Shown here in pieces: positions 26,621-39,462 of a DNA stretch of 64,000 bases. Within the stretch, counting starts at the first letter, position 1, and each line of letters opens with the position of its first letter. This stretch comes from Cetorhinus maximus (lineage: Eukaryota). The notes under the pieces were generated by a model, which had not been told where the DNA came from, searched no databases, and saw only the letters and a list, made by a program, of their open reading frames with translations. A program made the translations under genes and the position numbers. Where the stretch lies: the NCBI RefSeq assembly GCF_964194155.1, contig NC_135904.1, forward strand, positions 34,782,001-34,846,000, in the 5' to 3' direction.

Positions 26621-27733
26621 GACCAGGTCAAAACTTGCAACACTATTCCAAATCATCAATTACATCTTTAAGCATACAAGTTCTGAAGGTCAGAGCATGG
26701 AAGCACAAAGTACCCATTTGATAAGGGTGAATAGCAATTCAGAAACAAAAAGCCCATAAACTACTAAGGGATCTGCAGAAGTTAAGAATGACTAAAATTA
26801 GGGGATAATGACCCTTCTTGTGGTCTTAACACAACCTCTAAAAATCTTAGTTTTGATTGTAAAATTGATTCTGTGATGCATGTGAAATGTGTGCGCAGTC
26901 TCTGAGCACACCAGCAAGAAATTAATCCCAACATTTCATCAAATAGCTTTCCACATTGCTTCAAAGAAAAGCCCAGCATTGCTCAGTGCGGAATAAATCA
27001 TGCTACGGTATGCAACTTGGTTTACGTTTGACAGAAGATGGAGTAATGTTACTCCAGATTTGGACAGAATTCAGATATGGAAAAAAAAACCTTTGCTAGA
27101 GAAGTAGGTTGTGCTTTCCAGGAGAGCGGGTTAAGGTACATCATCAGGTCATTCATAGGAAATGCTAGATTACCTGGAAATTCCGAACATGGTTGCTAGG
27201 TGCAAAGTAGAACAGCCATTCCATTCTCTAGCATTTATGTATAAATGTACACAAATGCAATAATGAAATATGAACAGGTTATCTTCCATAACATACCACA
27301 GGAATAGTTATTAAATTGTGGGATACATAGTCTTCCCAGGTAGAGCATTGATCTGCTGCCACTTCCTACACAACCTCTCTCACCCAAATGCACTCTTCCC
27401 ACAAGGCACCAGAAAAATTGCAAGAAGAAAAGGAGAAAGAGTTACCAAGAGATTAAATAAATGTTGGAAGGTTAGACATCAGAGACACAGATGTGAAGGA
27501 TGACAAATAGAGAGCTGGGGGAGTGGGGACAGTAAGGAGGAAAAAGAAAGAGAAGAAAGGGTGAGCATGACACCAGAATATCTTTTCTGCAAATTTTACA
27601 GCACTAATATCCATGGTTAGTTGGGCACCAGAGGAAAAAAGAACCTTTTGGTGGGGCCACGTGCAGAAAAGTGAACAAACTGTTGCAGTGGACAAGGGAA
27701 AATTAAATTACCCCTCTAATAGCATGAATTTAC

Positions 27734-27819
27734 CTGCTGGTGGCCAAGCTTTGATATATCCAGTGCAGTGCACTACTGAATACTGTGATTCTCCTTCCTT
27801 GACAGGTCCCAAGCCATTC
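27734..27819 (-). CDS. ARNT2: ARNT2 internal coding exon (86 nt, phase 2-1): (R)[28 protein letters not shown](G)
   Basis: tgttttcttag|GAATGGCTTGGGACCT...CCACCAGCAG|gtaaat. [15 protein letters not shown] is the hallmark end of PAS-A in ARNT-family proteins. A 160-nt intron separates it from the previous exon. Confidence 0.96.
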
Positions 27820-27979
27820 CTAAGAAAACATCAATGCCGTAATAATTATCAATTTGATATCAGTAATCACAAAGAAACATACAAAGGGTTATAACAAAAT
27901 GAAAAACATAATCAAGAAATATTCACATACAGCTAAAAGATAGTTAATATTTAATATATAAAATGAATTAGGGTATCAC

Positions 27980-28045
27980 CTGTATCTCTTCCGCAGAACA
28001 GTCAGCCTACTTAACGAGATGTGTTCCAAGGGAGCTGTTCCATAC
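27980..28045 (-). CDS. ARNT2: ARNT2 internal coding exon (66 nt, phase 2-2): (R)YGTAPLEHISLSRLTVLRKRY(R)
   Basis: tttttaatgcag|GTATGGAACAGCT...AGAGATACAG|gtgata. Phase matches both neighbours. The peptide resembles ARNT2 CGNAPLDHLPLNRITTMRKRFR rather than ARNT [22 protein letters not shown] (recalled sequences), which assigns the paralogue. Confidence 0.93.
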
Positions 28046-28329
28046 CTGCATTAAAAATCCATTACAGTTAAGCCATGTTAAATATTGCCAATGCTTGTCT
28101 GAACAACTGTATAATCACTGCCAATTTAACTGCAAGGTCACTATTACAGTCCAGACTTCTTTCTAGTACTTTTTACTTATACCCAACAGAAAAGGTCAGC
28201 TTCAATCAGTGAGCCAGTGCTTTCAATGAAATGTGGCCGAATTTATGAAAAATGAGAGATTGTGTACCACACAGTATGCACCAAAAATAGTACAGGCAGT
28301 CACCATATCCCCAGCATGCTCTCAGTCAA

Positions 28330-28940
28330 CTAAAACTGGCATTTATATAGAACCCTTAACATAAAGAGTCTCATAAATAGACATACGGAATACAAATGTC
28401 AAGCCAGAAAAAATTAGGAGTGACCCACTGTTCTGTCAAAAATATAAGGAGATTTTTAAAAGGCGAAATGAGAAATGGAGAAGCAAAGATCAGCCAGATG
28501 GAACTCTAAAATAGCAACATTGCAGCTGAATGTTTTACCACCAAAAGGAGTATGCAAAAGAGGCCAGGAGAAGAGAAAACACGCATACAAGAGTTGGCAG
28601 AAGGCTAGAGGAGATGGCAGATAGAAAGTAGGGCAATGTCATAGATGGATTTACAAAGCCAAAGGTTTCAAATTGATTGCACTGCGGGTGGTGGCGGGTG
28701 ATTCAGAGTAAGCGTAAATCAATGAGGATGGGGTGATGGGTGAGCAAGACAAAGCTTAGGACAGAATACAAATAGCAGAAATTTGGAGAAAGTGGAGATT
28801 ATTGAGGGTGTCAGATGGAAAGCTAGCAAGAAGTTTGAATAACCGAATGTGGATAAAGGCAAATCTAAACCTAAGGGTTTCTGTGCTGGACGGTGAAGTT
28901 AAGGGAGGAGGGGGGCAAGGGGGAAGGCAGTCAATGTTAT
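28330..28940 (-). mobile_element. Highly decayed L2 fragment
   Basis: Purine-rich stretch loosely collinear with 7850-8460 and 37650-38075. Confidence 0.4.
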
Positions 28941-29929
28941 GAGATGGAATCACCAGACTTAATAGGATGAATCAATGTAAAAAAACCAACAATAAGACCG
29001 CACGGTTAAGGTTACCAGCCTATTAATCAAGTTTACTTTAACAAGTTAAATCATACATAAGCAAAAATATGTCAACTTAGTTACCAACACAGTACACAAC
29101 TTTCATCAATACCTTAACTGGTGGACAGAATACAGAATGTTTCAATTTAAAATAGTCACAAAGCAATTGGGAAGAGGGGTTAGGACAGATTTCTTTACAT
29201 AGAGGAAAAAAGAAAAGATGATGCATGGAATGGCTTGCCACAGTGACTAATTGGGGTAAAACAACGAAGATCACTATTTTGGTGTGGATTCAAATTATGG
29301 CAATGAAATACTTTGCCAAAAGGCATTGGTTGCATTTTTTTTAAAAAGAGAAAAAAAACTGAAAAGGGGGAAGATACAGGGTAGGAGGAAAGAGTGAGGC
29401 AGTGGGATTCATTTATGAATGCGTGAGCAAAGGGCCAGCACAGACGCACAGGCCAACAGACCTCTGCCCATGTCGTAGTTTGATTGTTTTCCAGAACTCC
29501 TGTAGTTTTAGAAATCTACAACTGTGCCGATTGAAGTCCATGGGCTTCAGTGACTTGGGTGTGCCATACAAGGGAGTGAACTACGCAAACTGAGCTACAG
29601 TACAAAATCTTGACACACTTAGTTATCAGATTCAGGCAGTTTCCAGCCATAGAACAGCTGAAACACTTTAAGAAGAAAAACAACATATGCCTTGCTAAAC
29701 AGCAATGATATTTTATCATGCAAACACAGTGTGCTTAATTGAGAAAGTACAAGGTGAAACAATACACCATGATTTCTCACAAGCTGCTTGTATTCTCAGC
29801 TGGTGGCTTCCAGTAAAAAGACCACCTTCATTTCAAACATTCCATTCTCCAAGTGAAACTAGGGATTCATATGAACTGGATCCTGGGATTCTCACAACCA
29901 TCATAATTCATTACTGGAATGGAAGCTTT

Positions 29930-31050
29930 GAGGGACTAAAATATTAAACTCTGGTTGCAGTTTTTAAGGGAAAAATGTTGGATGGGGAAGATACAGTTCA
30001 ATGGAGAGAGTGTGGGGCAGTGGGATTTGTTCTGGGTTGCTTCAGTATTGCCAGCACAGACATGCAGGCCCAGTGACCCCTTCGCTAAAGTGATGGGATT
30101 GAAGAGACAGTGGCAGCATAGACACACAATGACTGAGACACAGAAAGCAGTGGTGAATGGTTGTTTTACAGGCTGGAGGAAGTATATGTTGGTGTGTCCA
30201 GGGGTCAGTATTAGGATCACTGCTCATTTAGATATATGTTAATTACCTGGATTTGGGCATACAGGGCTAAATTTCAAAGCCCACAGATGACATGACATTT
30301 GAAAACGTAATGAGCAAAGATGAGGATAGTAGCAAACCTCATGAAGGTGTAGATGGACTGGTGAAATGGGAGGACACATGACGGATGAGATTTGAAGTGA
30401 TACATTTTGGTTAGAAAATTGACAAGAGGCAATATAAACTAAAATGGTTCAACTTTAAATGGGAGGAGTAACAGAAAGACATGGGGTGTACAGAAGACGG
30501 TTGGACCATTTGAGAAGACTGTTCAAATTGTATAGGATTTTTGGCTTTATAAGCAGAGGCATAAATAAAAAAGCAAGGAAATTATTGCAAACTTTTATAA
30601 ATCACAGGTTAGGCCACAGCTGGAATACTGTGTTCAATTCTGGGCAGCACAGTTTAAGAAAGATGTCAAGGCGTTAGAAACTGTGCAGAGGAGATCTATT
30701 AGAATGCTATCAGGAACACACAGCTTTAGTTACATGGATACACTAGAGAAGGTAGACAGTTTACCTCAAGTCAGTGAAGGTTTAGGGGAGATTTTTTTTA
30801 TACTTTCATGGGATGTGGGCATCGCTGGCTAAGCTAGCATTTACTGCCCATCCTTAATTTCCCTTGAGAAGGTGGTGATAGTTGAAAGGTCAAAATCATG
30901 AAGGGTTTCCAGTGACAAAAGGGTCAGTAGCCAGTGGGGACAGATACAAATTAACTGGCAAAAAGACACAGGTGTCATGAGGAAAAACAAATTTGTGCAA
31001 GTTACGATGATCGGGAATGCACTGCCTGAAAGTGTGATGGTAGCAAATCC
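29930..31050 (+). mobile_element. Degenerate CR1 fragments, with a short family-B tail (minus) nested at ~30795-30880
   Basis: ggaatactgtgttcaattctgg (EYCVQFW) and related blocks; nested ttcatgggatgtgggcatcgctggc. Confidence 0.7.
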
Positions 31051-31059
31051 CAGCCTAGC

Positions 31060-33720
31060 CCCTAGCCAAGCTATTCCAATACAATGACAACACTGGCATC
31101 TATCTGAAAATGTGGAAAATTGCCCTGATACGTCCACCAAAAGCATGACCAATCGAGTCTGGCCAATGACCGCCCCATCAGTCTACTCTCAATTGTCTGC
31201 CTAGAGATGGAAGGTGTTATCGTCAGTGCCACCAAGCGGCAGTTACTCAGTAATAACCTGCTCGCTCAATGATGTTCAGTTTTGGTTACGCCAGGGTCCC
31301 TCAGCTCCTGGCCTCGTTACAACCTTGGTACAAATATGGGGGTAAAAAAAGCGGAACCCAAGAGGTCGAGCAAGAGCGAGTGAGGTGTTATCAAGGAAGC
31401 ATTTGGGCAAGTGGGGCATCTAGGCACTCTACCAAAACTGGTCAATGGAAATTGGGACAAAGGTCTCCACTGGTTGGTGTCATACCCAGCACAAAGGAAG
31501 GTGTTTGCAGTTGTTGGAAGCCAAATATCTGCAGCAGGGGTTCCTCAGGGTAGTGTCCTAGGCCCAACCAGGGTTAAAAATACATGGGGGTGGTGGGTGA
31601 ATTCGCCCTCGAAACCTCACAAATAGCCAACAAAAAAATCAAAGCCGGGGGCAAAAAATTCAAGGAAGGTTGCCCCATACATATTAGCTTACAATATGGC
31701 ATAACAATTGCAGACATCTCAGTGACAGTGGGAAAACAATGCAGAGTTTGACTGAAGGAGCAGCGAGCATGGAAGAGACAGAAGCTGTGAGTAGCTGCAC
31801 CTTCAATCACAGATGCTGTCTCTCCCATGCTTGCTGCTCCAGTTCCTTGAATCACAGGTTCTCTCCCTCCCACTCTTGCTGTTCCTCCAGAGACAGAATC
31901 TATGATTGGAGGTCAAGGAGCAGTTATCCCAGGCATTGAGTCCAATCCATTTAACATCCTCCAGGACCGGGAGGCCGAGCGTGTATAAGAAAAAGCAGGA
32001 AAAGGTAAAAAGGAGGGAGGCGGCAGCTGGAAATCCAGTAATGAGTCCGGGAGTAGGCCCAAGGGAACACCAGTACCAAGAACGTCTTCAAGGGCAGCAG
32101 CCAGCTGCCCCAGTTTAATTTCCCTGTAATCCTGTGGCGGTGGATGAGGAGGCAACCTTAGTTTATTGTGTAAATTGGGGATTGTATTTAGGTGATTAAC
32201 AGAGACTTTTCAGATGGCAGGCAACCTTAGTTCTTAGGTGGTGAAGAACTCCTTTCCAGTGTGCCTGATCTCAATTCGATTTCCAGACATTTTGATGCAT
32301 TTTCCAAGCTCTGCAAGGTACCCACTGTGAGCTGGCTCAAGGAACAGCAGTCTAGGCAAGATTTGCCATCTTTGATTGTTAATATATTTGATCTACTCCC
32401 ATGCTGACATTGTCAATAGTTGGTTCTTCTCTACCATCATCCCTATTTCTGAAAACATCCCATTCCTCCACGCTGACCCTCACAATGTAAAAGGACCTCC
32501 CGAAAATCACAAAGGAGCCCTGGACAAAATTAAGCTTGGCAGTTTTCTTTCCTCAAAAAGACCCCTCAAGAAAAGAATTATTTTGACACCAACCATCTTC
32601 AGCTGCTTCATCAATGATCTTTCCTCCACCATAAGATCAGAAACAGGGATTTTCGCTGATGATTGCAGTGTTCAGCACCATTCGCAAACCCTCAGATACT
32701 AAAGCAGTCTGCATCCATATGCAGCACAACCTGGACAATATTCAGGCTTTGGCTGATAAGTGGCAAGTTACACTCGAGCCATACAAATGCCAGGCAAAGA
32801 CCATGTCCAACAAGAGAATCCAACCATCTTGCTTTGACGTTCAGCAGCAAAACAATCATTAAATCGCCACCATCTACATCCTGGGGGTTACCACTGACCA
32901 GAAACTTAACTGGACCAGCCATATAAATACTTGGCTACAAGAGCCGGTCAGAGGCTGGGAATTTGACGGTGAGTAACTCAGCTCCTGACTCCCCAAAGCA
33001 TGTTCACCATCTACAAGGCACAAGTCAGGTTTGTGATGAAAATATTCCTCACTTGTCTGGATGAGTGCAGCTCCAACAACACTTAAGCTCAACACCATCC
33101 AGGACAAAGCAGCCCACTTAATCAGTACACAAGCCGCCACCTTAAACATTCACTCCCTAACTGTACAGTGGCAGTAGTGTGTAGTGCTTACATAATACAC
33201 ATTATGGCCAGCAATAAACAATCTTTCGCAAGTGTGACATTAAAAGACTGTGGGCCTGTCTTATTTTAAATCATTTGAAGAGAGGCCAGGACAGAGATCT
33301 ATGATGACAAAAGTCTCAGTGCATTTTATTTATGGTATAAAAATAAGTGAATTACTTTCTGAGAGAAAATGTTGCTAGGATTTTCTTAGTGCAGCACTGC
33401 AGCAACTCACCAACCCTCCTTCAATAGCACCTTCCAAAATCGCAAACTCTTGCCACCTAGAAGGACAAAGGCAGCAGACGCACAAGTACACCATCACCTG
33501 CAAGTTCTCCTCATACTCACACACCATCCTGACTTGGGTCTATCATCGTTCCCTCACTGTTGTTGGATCAAAAACCTGGAAATTCCTTTCTAACAGCATG
33601 GTGGGCTGCACCTACACCATATAGACTGCAGCGGTACAAGGCAGCAGCTCACCAGCTTCGCAAGGCAATTGGGGACGGGCAACAAATGGTGACCTGGGCA
33701 GCGGTGATCACATCCCACAA
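31060..33720 (+). mobile_element. Family-B LINE 3' half, interrupted at ~31571-32588 and ~33200-33395
   Basis: GVPQGSVLGPT before 31570 resumes as PTIFSCFINDL...IFADDC after 32588; tail at ~33660-33720. Confidence 0.8.
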
Positions 33721-34769
33721 ACAAAGAAAAAAGAAAGGAAACTGGATAAATACTTGAGGGGAAAAAATTGCTAGGCTATAGGGAAAGAGCAGGGAAGTGG
33801 AGCTAATTGGATAGCTCTGGCCAGCATAGCCATAATGAGCCCGCTCTTTGGCACATTATTTAATGATTTGCCACTTGAAAAATATCTAATTTTCTTTGCA
33901 CATGCAACACACATGAATGTGCTGTGTGATGTTTTACCATCTTTTCATGTGTTGCACATTCCAGTGGTGAAGCACAATGTCTTCTGCTTGTTAACAAAAT
34001 GTATGTTGTGAAATATTCAATTCTTAGAAATCACTCACTGCAATGGAGTTTTATTTTGGTGGATATCTGATACATAACCTTCCATTACAATGAAATGTCC
34101 AAGGGGATTAATTGATCCAGTTTTTCCAGAACTAAATTACAGCTCTCATGAAAACATACAACTACAGTACTTCAGTTCATTTTATCAATAATAGCGATTG
34201 ACAAAAAAAATTGAGGTATACTAATCACTTAAGAGACTTATGGTCAGCTCAAAACAGCCTTTCATAAGTGTGGACCTATCATTTTTTAAAACCATTTGAA
34301 GGAAGGCCAGAACAGAGATCAGTGATAAAAACACAAGTCTCAGCTCATTTTATTTTTAGTTTAAAAACAAGTGAATCACTTGTTGAGGGAGAATGTTTTT
34401 AGGAGTTTCTTTGTGCATTGTAAGCTATAATATACTGGGGCTTCTAATCAATCCTGGTGTTTGCAGCTTCAGGGTTAAAGTAAGTGTGGGTTTAGAAGGA
34501 AGAATGGAACAGCTTGTGAGTCACAAACCAAAATCAGGGATGAGCAATGTAGTTTTATTAGGATAAATAACAGACATCACTTAACTCACGCTTGGTGGGA
34601 GCCAAGCAAAATGCACAAGTTAAAAGGATGCACTAGTTAAAGTAAGTCTGGAATGTGGTTAACTTGATTTTGTTTCCACACTTCTCAGCTACAGAGATTT
34701 AAAAACACTTGAGCGCAACAAAAATTATGCATTTTTGTCTCACATTTAGCATTATATTTGCATCTTTAT

Positions 34770-35115
34770 TGTGTCAGTGAGGCTCAGTGACAGTGCTATT
34801 GCTAACACTCTCGGTCAGAAGGTTGATTTGAGAATACAATCTAGGCTGACACTCCAGTGCAGTACTGAGGTGTTTGGTGTGCCATTTTTTAACTGAGATG
34901 TTAAGCTGTTTAGATAGGAGGGAAGAAAACATTAATCAAAGAGAAGAGTTCTTCCTGTATCCTGTCCAGCATTTATCCTCCAACCATTAGTATTTGTGGG
35001 AACTTGGCTGCTGAGGAATAACAGTGACTAGACTTCAGAGAAGTACTTAATTTGCTTTGGGTGCATTGAAATGTCTTGCAGATTGAAAGGTGCAACATTA
35101 GGTCTTTTTCTTTCA
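34770..35115 (+). mobile_element. Deu-domain SINE (tRNA-like head, L2-like tail)
   Basis: gtgaggctcagt...tcagaaggttg...ctaggctgacactccagtgcagtactgagg...tgaaaggtgc...tctttttctttc. Confidence 0.65.
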
Positions 35116-35295
35116 AAATGTCACAGCACAGAAGGTGCTAAAAACAATCAGGCCTGTTCTTAAACATTCGCATGACTTTTGCTTCAATCACCAACTTTGA
35201 TCGTGTATTACACAATCTCAACCCCTGCAAAGGATTCCTCTGAACTTTGCACATATCTTACGAGTTGCATTGAAAGCAAATACATTCCAATCCAC

Positions 35296-35525
35296 AGATA
35301 AAAGCAAAATACTGCGGATGCTGGAAATATGAAATAAAAACAGAAAATGCTGGAAAAACTCAGCAGGTCTGACAGCATCTGTGCAGAGAGAAACAGGGTT
35401 AATGTTTCAGAGCTCTGCTTTGCAGCTCTGAAGAAGTCATGCGCACTTGAAACGTTAACTCTGTTTCTCTCTCCACAGATGCTGTCAGACCTGCTGAGTT
35501 TTTCCAGCATTTTCTGTTTTTGTTT
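35296..35525 (-). mobile_element. Mini Penelope-like terminal hairpin insertion
   Basis: ~70-bp inverted arms; CTGAAGA...GAAACGTT on the plus arm; flanking duplication ccaatccac at 35287-35295 and 35533-35541. Confidence 0.88.
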
Positions 35526-37158
35526 CACATCCCCAATCCACTTTAGGTTTAACAAAAGGCTGCTAGGAGGGCTGGCTTGAACATGAGGTATTCTGCTCTA
35601 ACACACACTGACATGCCTCAATCATTGATTCTGGCAGTTCATTCCACAACCTCGCAAAATCTGTAGATCAGTTTTCCGTGCTCTCTGTCCTAGATCTGTT
35701 CTATCTTACATCCAGTCATATGGGACATAGGCAACATCAGCCAATCAACAATCCAAATGTATCAAGCAGATCACTGATGTTTGTTCACCAGGACAAAATC
35801 TTATTATTTGCAGGGAACATGGCAGAACAAATCAGTGCAATTCATCCACATCGTAGGATTTCCCAAAGTCCGAGGCATCATCAAGGCTTTCACTCTAAGT
35901 TGGCGGTGGCCATCAGTCATCCCTTTGCCAGCTAGACGATTTTGTTTTGTGACAACTCTATCTGAATTATTTCAAAAAGGCAATCTCGAAGGGTGGGTCT
36001 GAGGGAACAAAGACTCCTGTTAATTATACCTGCAAAGGCCCATAGTCAGACAGCGAATGAAGATAAAATGATGACCCTGCATCAACCAAGCCGACTGAAG
36101 AAGACTAGTGCTACCTGGCAACAGCACTTCAGCTGACTGGGCATCCTCCCCAGTCAAAGAGTGTTAATGTGGAGGAACACTTCAGGCTGCACCAGAGGGT
36201 GAGGCAGGCAATAACCCTGAAGCCATCAATGTAAAATCAACTTTCGAGCCAGTCAATGTACTACACTGGAAAGAATGGGGTAATGAGAACCTCAGAGCGG
36301 CACCTGTGGCGGAGAGACTTCAGATTGGAGTCTAGGGCAAGAACACACACAGGGAAAGAAAAATAATATGGGGTAGGGAGTTAGTGAGTATTGGGATAGT
36401 AATGAATTGAGGGGGTGTTTAATCCCTGTGGAAAGTGAGCAGTGGCCATCTGGAAAGTGAATAGTTAGAACTGGAAAATGGGCAGAAGGAGTCCAGTGGG
36501 CACCAAAGAGAAGCGTCTGCTCGAAAAAGCTCCCTTATGCGTTAGGTCTAGATATCTAGCAAGTACAGCTCTGATCAGTTAGAATATTTACACTTTACAA
36601 CTATCAACTAATTATAAATGATGGCAACCAAAGCTGCAGGTAAGTAAGGAGTTTTCAAAACTCAATGTGTATAATAAAATGATGAAAGGCTCTTTGGCCA
36701 GCTAGTGACTGTCGGAACTAAAAATATTAATAATTGATAAGGCCAGAAATCCACCTGAAAACCTGGCTTTCAAACGACTTGAAAAAACTGAAGGAAGAAA
36801 GGCTTTAAGTGGTTGCGAGAGTGAGAGAGTGTTTTCAGCCAATTTGAATTCCTATTTGTACGAATATTTTTCTACAAGCTTTTTACATTGAAGCTTTCAA
36901 AGATCAAAGCCATATCAATCAAGCAAATCATTTACATTTTGGGATTAAACATACATATAAACAAAGATAAACACTATCTCGTTATTCAGAAAGAATCAAT
37001 ACACTCAGGATCCATGCTACAAAAATTCATAAATACCTGCAACTAAGCTTTTCATACTATTTTTTTTTAAAAAGATGCTATGGCAACATGGTTTATTATT
37101 CTATTATGTAAATAGCAAGTGGGGAAAACTCAGTTCATGAATTAGCCTATGTCCTTAC

Positions 37159-37261
37159 CTCATCCTACAAATAAAGGATCGTCTGGATCCCATGCACATT
37201 CTCATTGAAGACTGCTGCCCTTCCTTTTTAACTGTTCCAGTCTTGAGATCCAGAATACGGC
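37159..37261 (-). CDS. ARNT2: ARNT2 internal coding exon (103 nt, phase 1-2), PAS-A region: (G)[33 protein letters not shown](R)
   Basis: Minus strand reads ttctttttgtttccccttaacacatag|GCCGTATTCTGGATCTC...TGTAGGATGAG|gtaagg, with a strong polypyrimidine acceptor and GTAAG donor. The peptide is the conserved ARNT/ARNT2 PAS-A segment (recognised from memory). Confidence 0.96.
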
Positions 37262-37448
37262 CTATGTGTTAAGGGGAAACAAAAAGAATTGTTAAATTAA
37301 GATCAGTGCACAATGTCTCCAGATTGGGGATGATGCTCTCAGCAGAGCAGCATCCAAAAGGAGTGCGATTTGGAGATAGGGCTTCAACATTGTAGTGCAG
37401 ATTCCCAACAACTTGCACTTATGGTAGTGTAAAAAAAATCTCAAAGTG

Positions 37449-37623
37449 CTTATGTAAAAACAGAAAATGTTGGAAGAACTCAGCAGGTCTGACAACATCT
37501 GTGGAGGGAGAAATAGAGTTAACGTTTCGAGTCCGTATGACAAGGGTCACAGGTGCTGTCAGACCTGCTGAGTTTTTCCAGCATTTTCTGTTTTTTATTT
37601 CAGATTTCCAGCATTTTGCTTTT
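37449..37623 (+). mobile_element. Mini Penelope-like terminal hairpin insertion, ~190 nt from the ARNT2 acceptor at 37262
   Basis: Inverted arms aaaacagaaaatgttggaagaactcagcaggtctgaca / tgtcagacctgctgagtttttccagcattttctgtttt; TSD atctcaaagtg at 37438-37448 and 37624-37634. Confidence 0.88.
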
Positions 37624-37639
37624 ATCTCAAAGTGGTGAT

Positions 37640-38075
37640 TTATCAAACAAAACTTGACCTAGGTAAAGAGATAATAGGACAGATAGCCAAAAGCGCAGTC
37701 AAAGATGCAGATTTTCAAAAGCCCTTTAAAGGAGAGGTGGAGAGATTTAGGGAGGAAATTTCAGAGTTTAGGGCCTAGATAGCCGAAGCACACCACCAAT
37801 AGTGGAACAACTAAAATCAGGGATGTGTAAGAGGTCAGAGATCTCAGAGGGCTGTACTGCTGGAGGATATTAGAGATAAGGAGGAGCAAAGCCAGGGAGC
37901 GATTTGAAAACAAGGATGAGGATTTTAAAATCAAGGCATTGCTGGGCCGAGAGTCAATGTAGGTCAATGAGCACGGGGGTGATGGACATAGGGGACTTGG
38001 CGTGAGTTAGGATATGTGCAGAGTTTTGAATGAGCTCAAGTTTACAGAAGGTGGAAGATGAGAGGCCAGCCAGGG
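37640..38075 (-). mobile_element. L2 LINE 3' fragment
   Basis: Reverse complement is collinear with 47960-48440. Confidence 0.7.
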
Positions 38076-39462
38076 GACCTACACTCCCTTCATGTACAAC
38101 CATTAACTGAGTTTGCACCATTGCTGCATTTACCCTATAATCGTCTTAATGCAGTTTGTAGAGTGCCTGTAAACTTTGACTGTAAACAGGCATGTTTATT
38201 TAAAGAATAAAGCACTACTAATAGCAAGAAAAGTTAATTTAGTTTAACATCCTTAAATTCTACACTATTACATCATCCTCAATGTGTCATAACCATTAGT
38301 GTGCTCATGTTTTGAATGATATTGTGATATACTTTCACCTTTTGTGATTGGCTTGTCTTTGCTGAGAAAGTATAAGAGAAGCTGTAACAATCTCTAAAGC
38401 CAACATGGAGAACTGAACATACAGAACTCCAAATTGGTCAAAATAAAACCCACAAACGCTGAAAATACTGCAATTTACATATATTGTTTTGTCATCAATG
38501 AATTCACCTACTATATCTATACCTTATTAACTATCTTACCTTATGTGTCCTACTCTTTTGATCCCTTATCCTCTATCCTGCTTCACCTGAATTGGTCTTG
38601 ATTCCATATGCAATGCCACAGGAATTTGACAAATTGGTTCCAATTTATTTATGACTTCTATGTGTTCTATTATACCAAATTCAGTCTTTACTTTTTCCTG
38701 CAGTACAAGCAATGCTTCCCTGTGTGGGTGGATCACTGGGCTAAGTTGTTAGTCCAGTCCCAATGTTTTGTTTCACTGGCAAACAACACAATCATTGAAT
38801 AGATACTTGCATCCCTGCACGTGTATCAGGGCCCAAATCATATTAAGCCTTTACTAGGACTATGCTCTGTATTTGATTGAGATTTTCATGAGTGTCCAAT
38901 TCTAAAACTGGCTGGATACCTTTTGGGACTAATACAAATGACAAACAGTCGTATCCTTCTCTATGGCACTGGTACCTATGCTCTTTGCCTCCTGCAATTT
39001 AGGTCTAGGCTATAATCTCTTGTGACCATGTTCAGACATGACATTCCCTTGTGCATATGCATCCAATTTAAGTGGCATGATTTTTATTCATCATCAATGG
39101 GTGGTGCAAATTCTCCCTTGTTTGCTGGATTTAAAGTTTCTACAATTCTTCAATGAGTTTTCCACAGTTTGTGCATAATTTTGCTTTTTGCAATATGTTA
39201 TGCATTATTTCTTCTACAATTTATGGATGATCGCTCCAAGTCCATACTCCATAACGCGCACATAATTTACTTGCATTTGCCTTTTAATTGCAGGTTATAT
39301 TTCAGGTTTCTAACTGGGTCTTTTTTCTGTTCATTATCTAAATGGTTCAATTTTCCTCACAGAACTTTGACATTCTTTTTAGTTTTGGGCACATTACAAA
39401 TCTACGCTGCTCTTGTTATACCAAATAATTCACTAAGAATTCACTGATGTGTCGCCAATTAT

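Noticed and set aside
38339-38361. 23-nt micro-exon-like segment on minus (ctttctcag|CAAAGAC...AAAAG|gtgaaa)
   Set aside because: Weak donor, would shift the ARNT2 frame, and no similarity to ARNT2.
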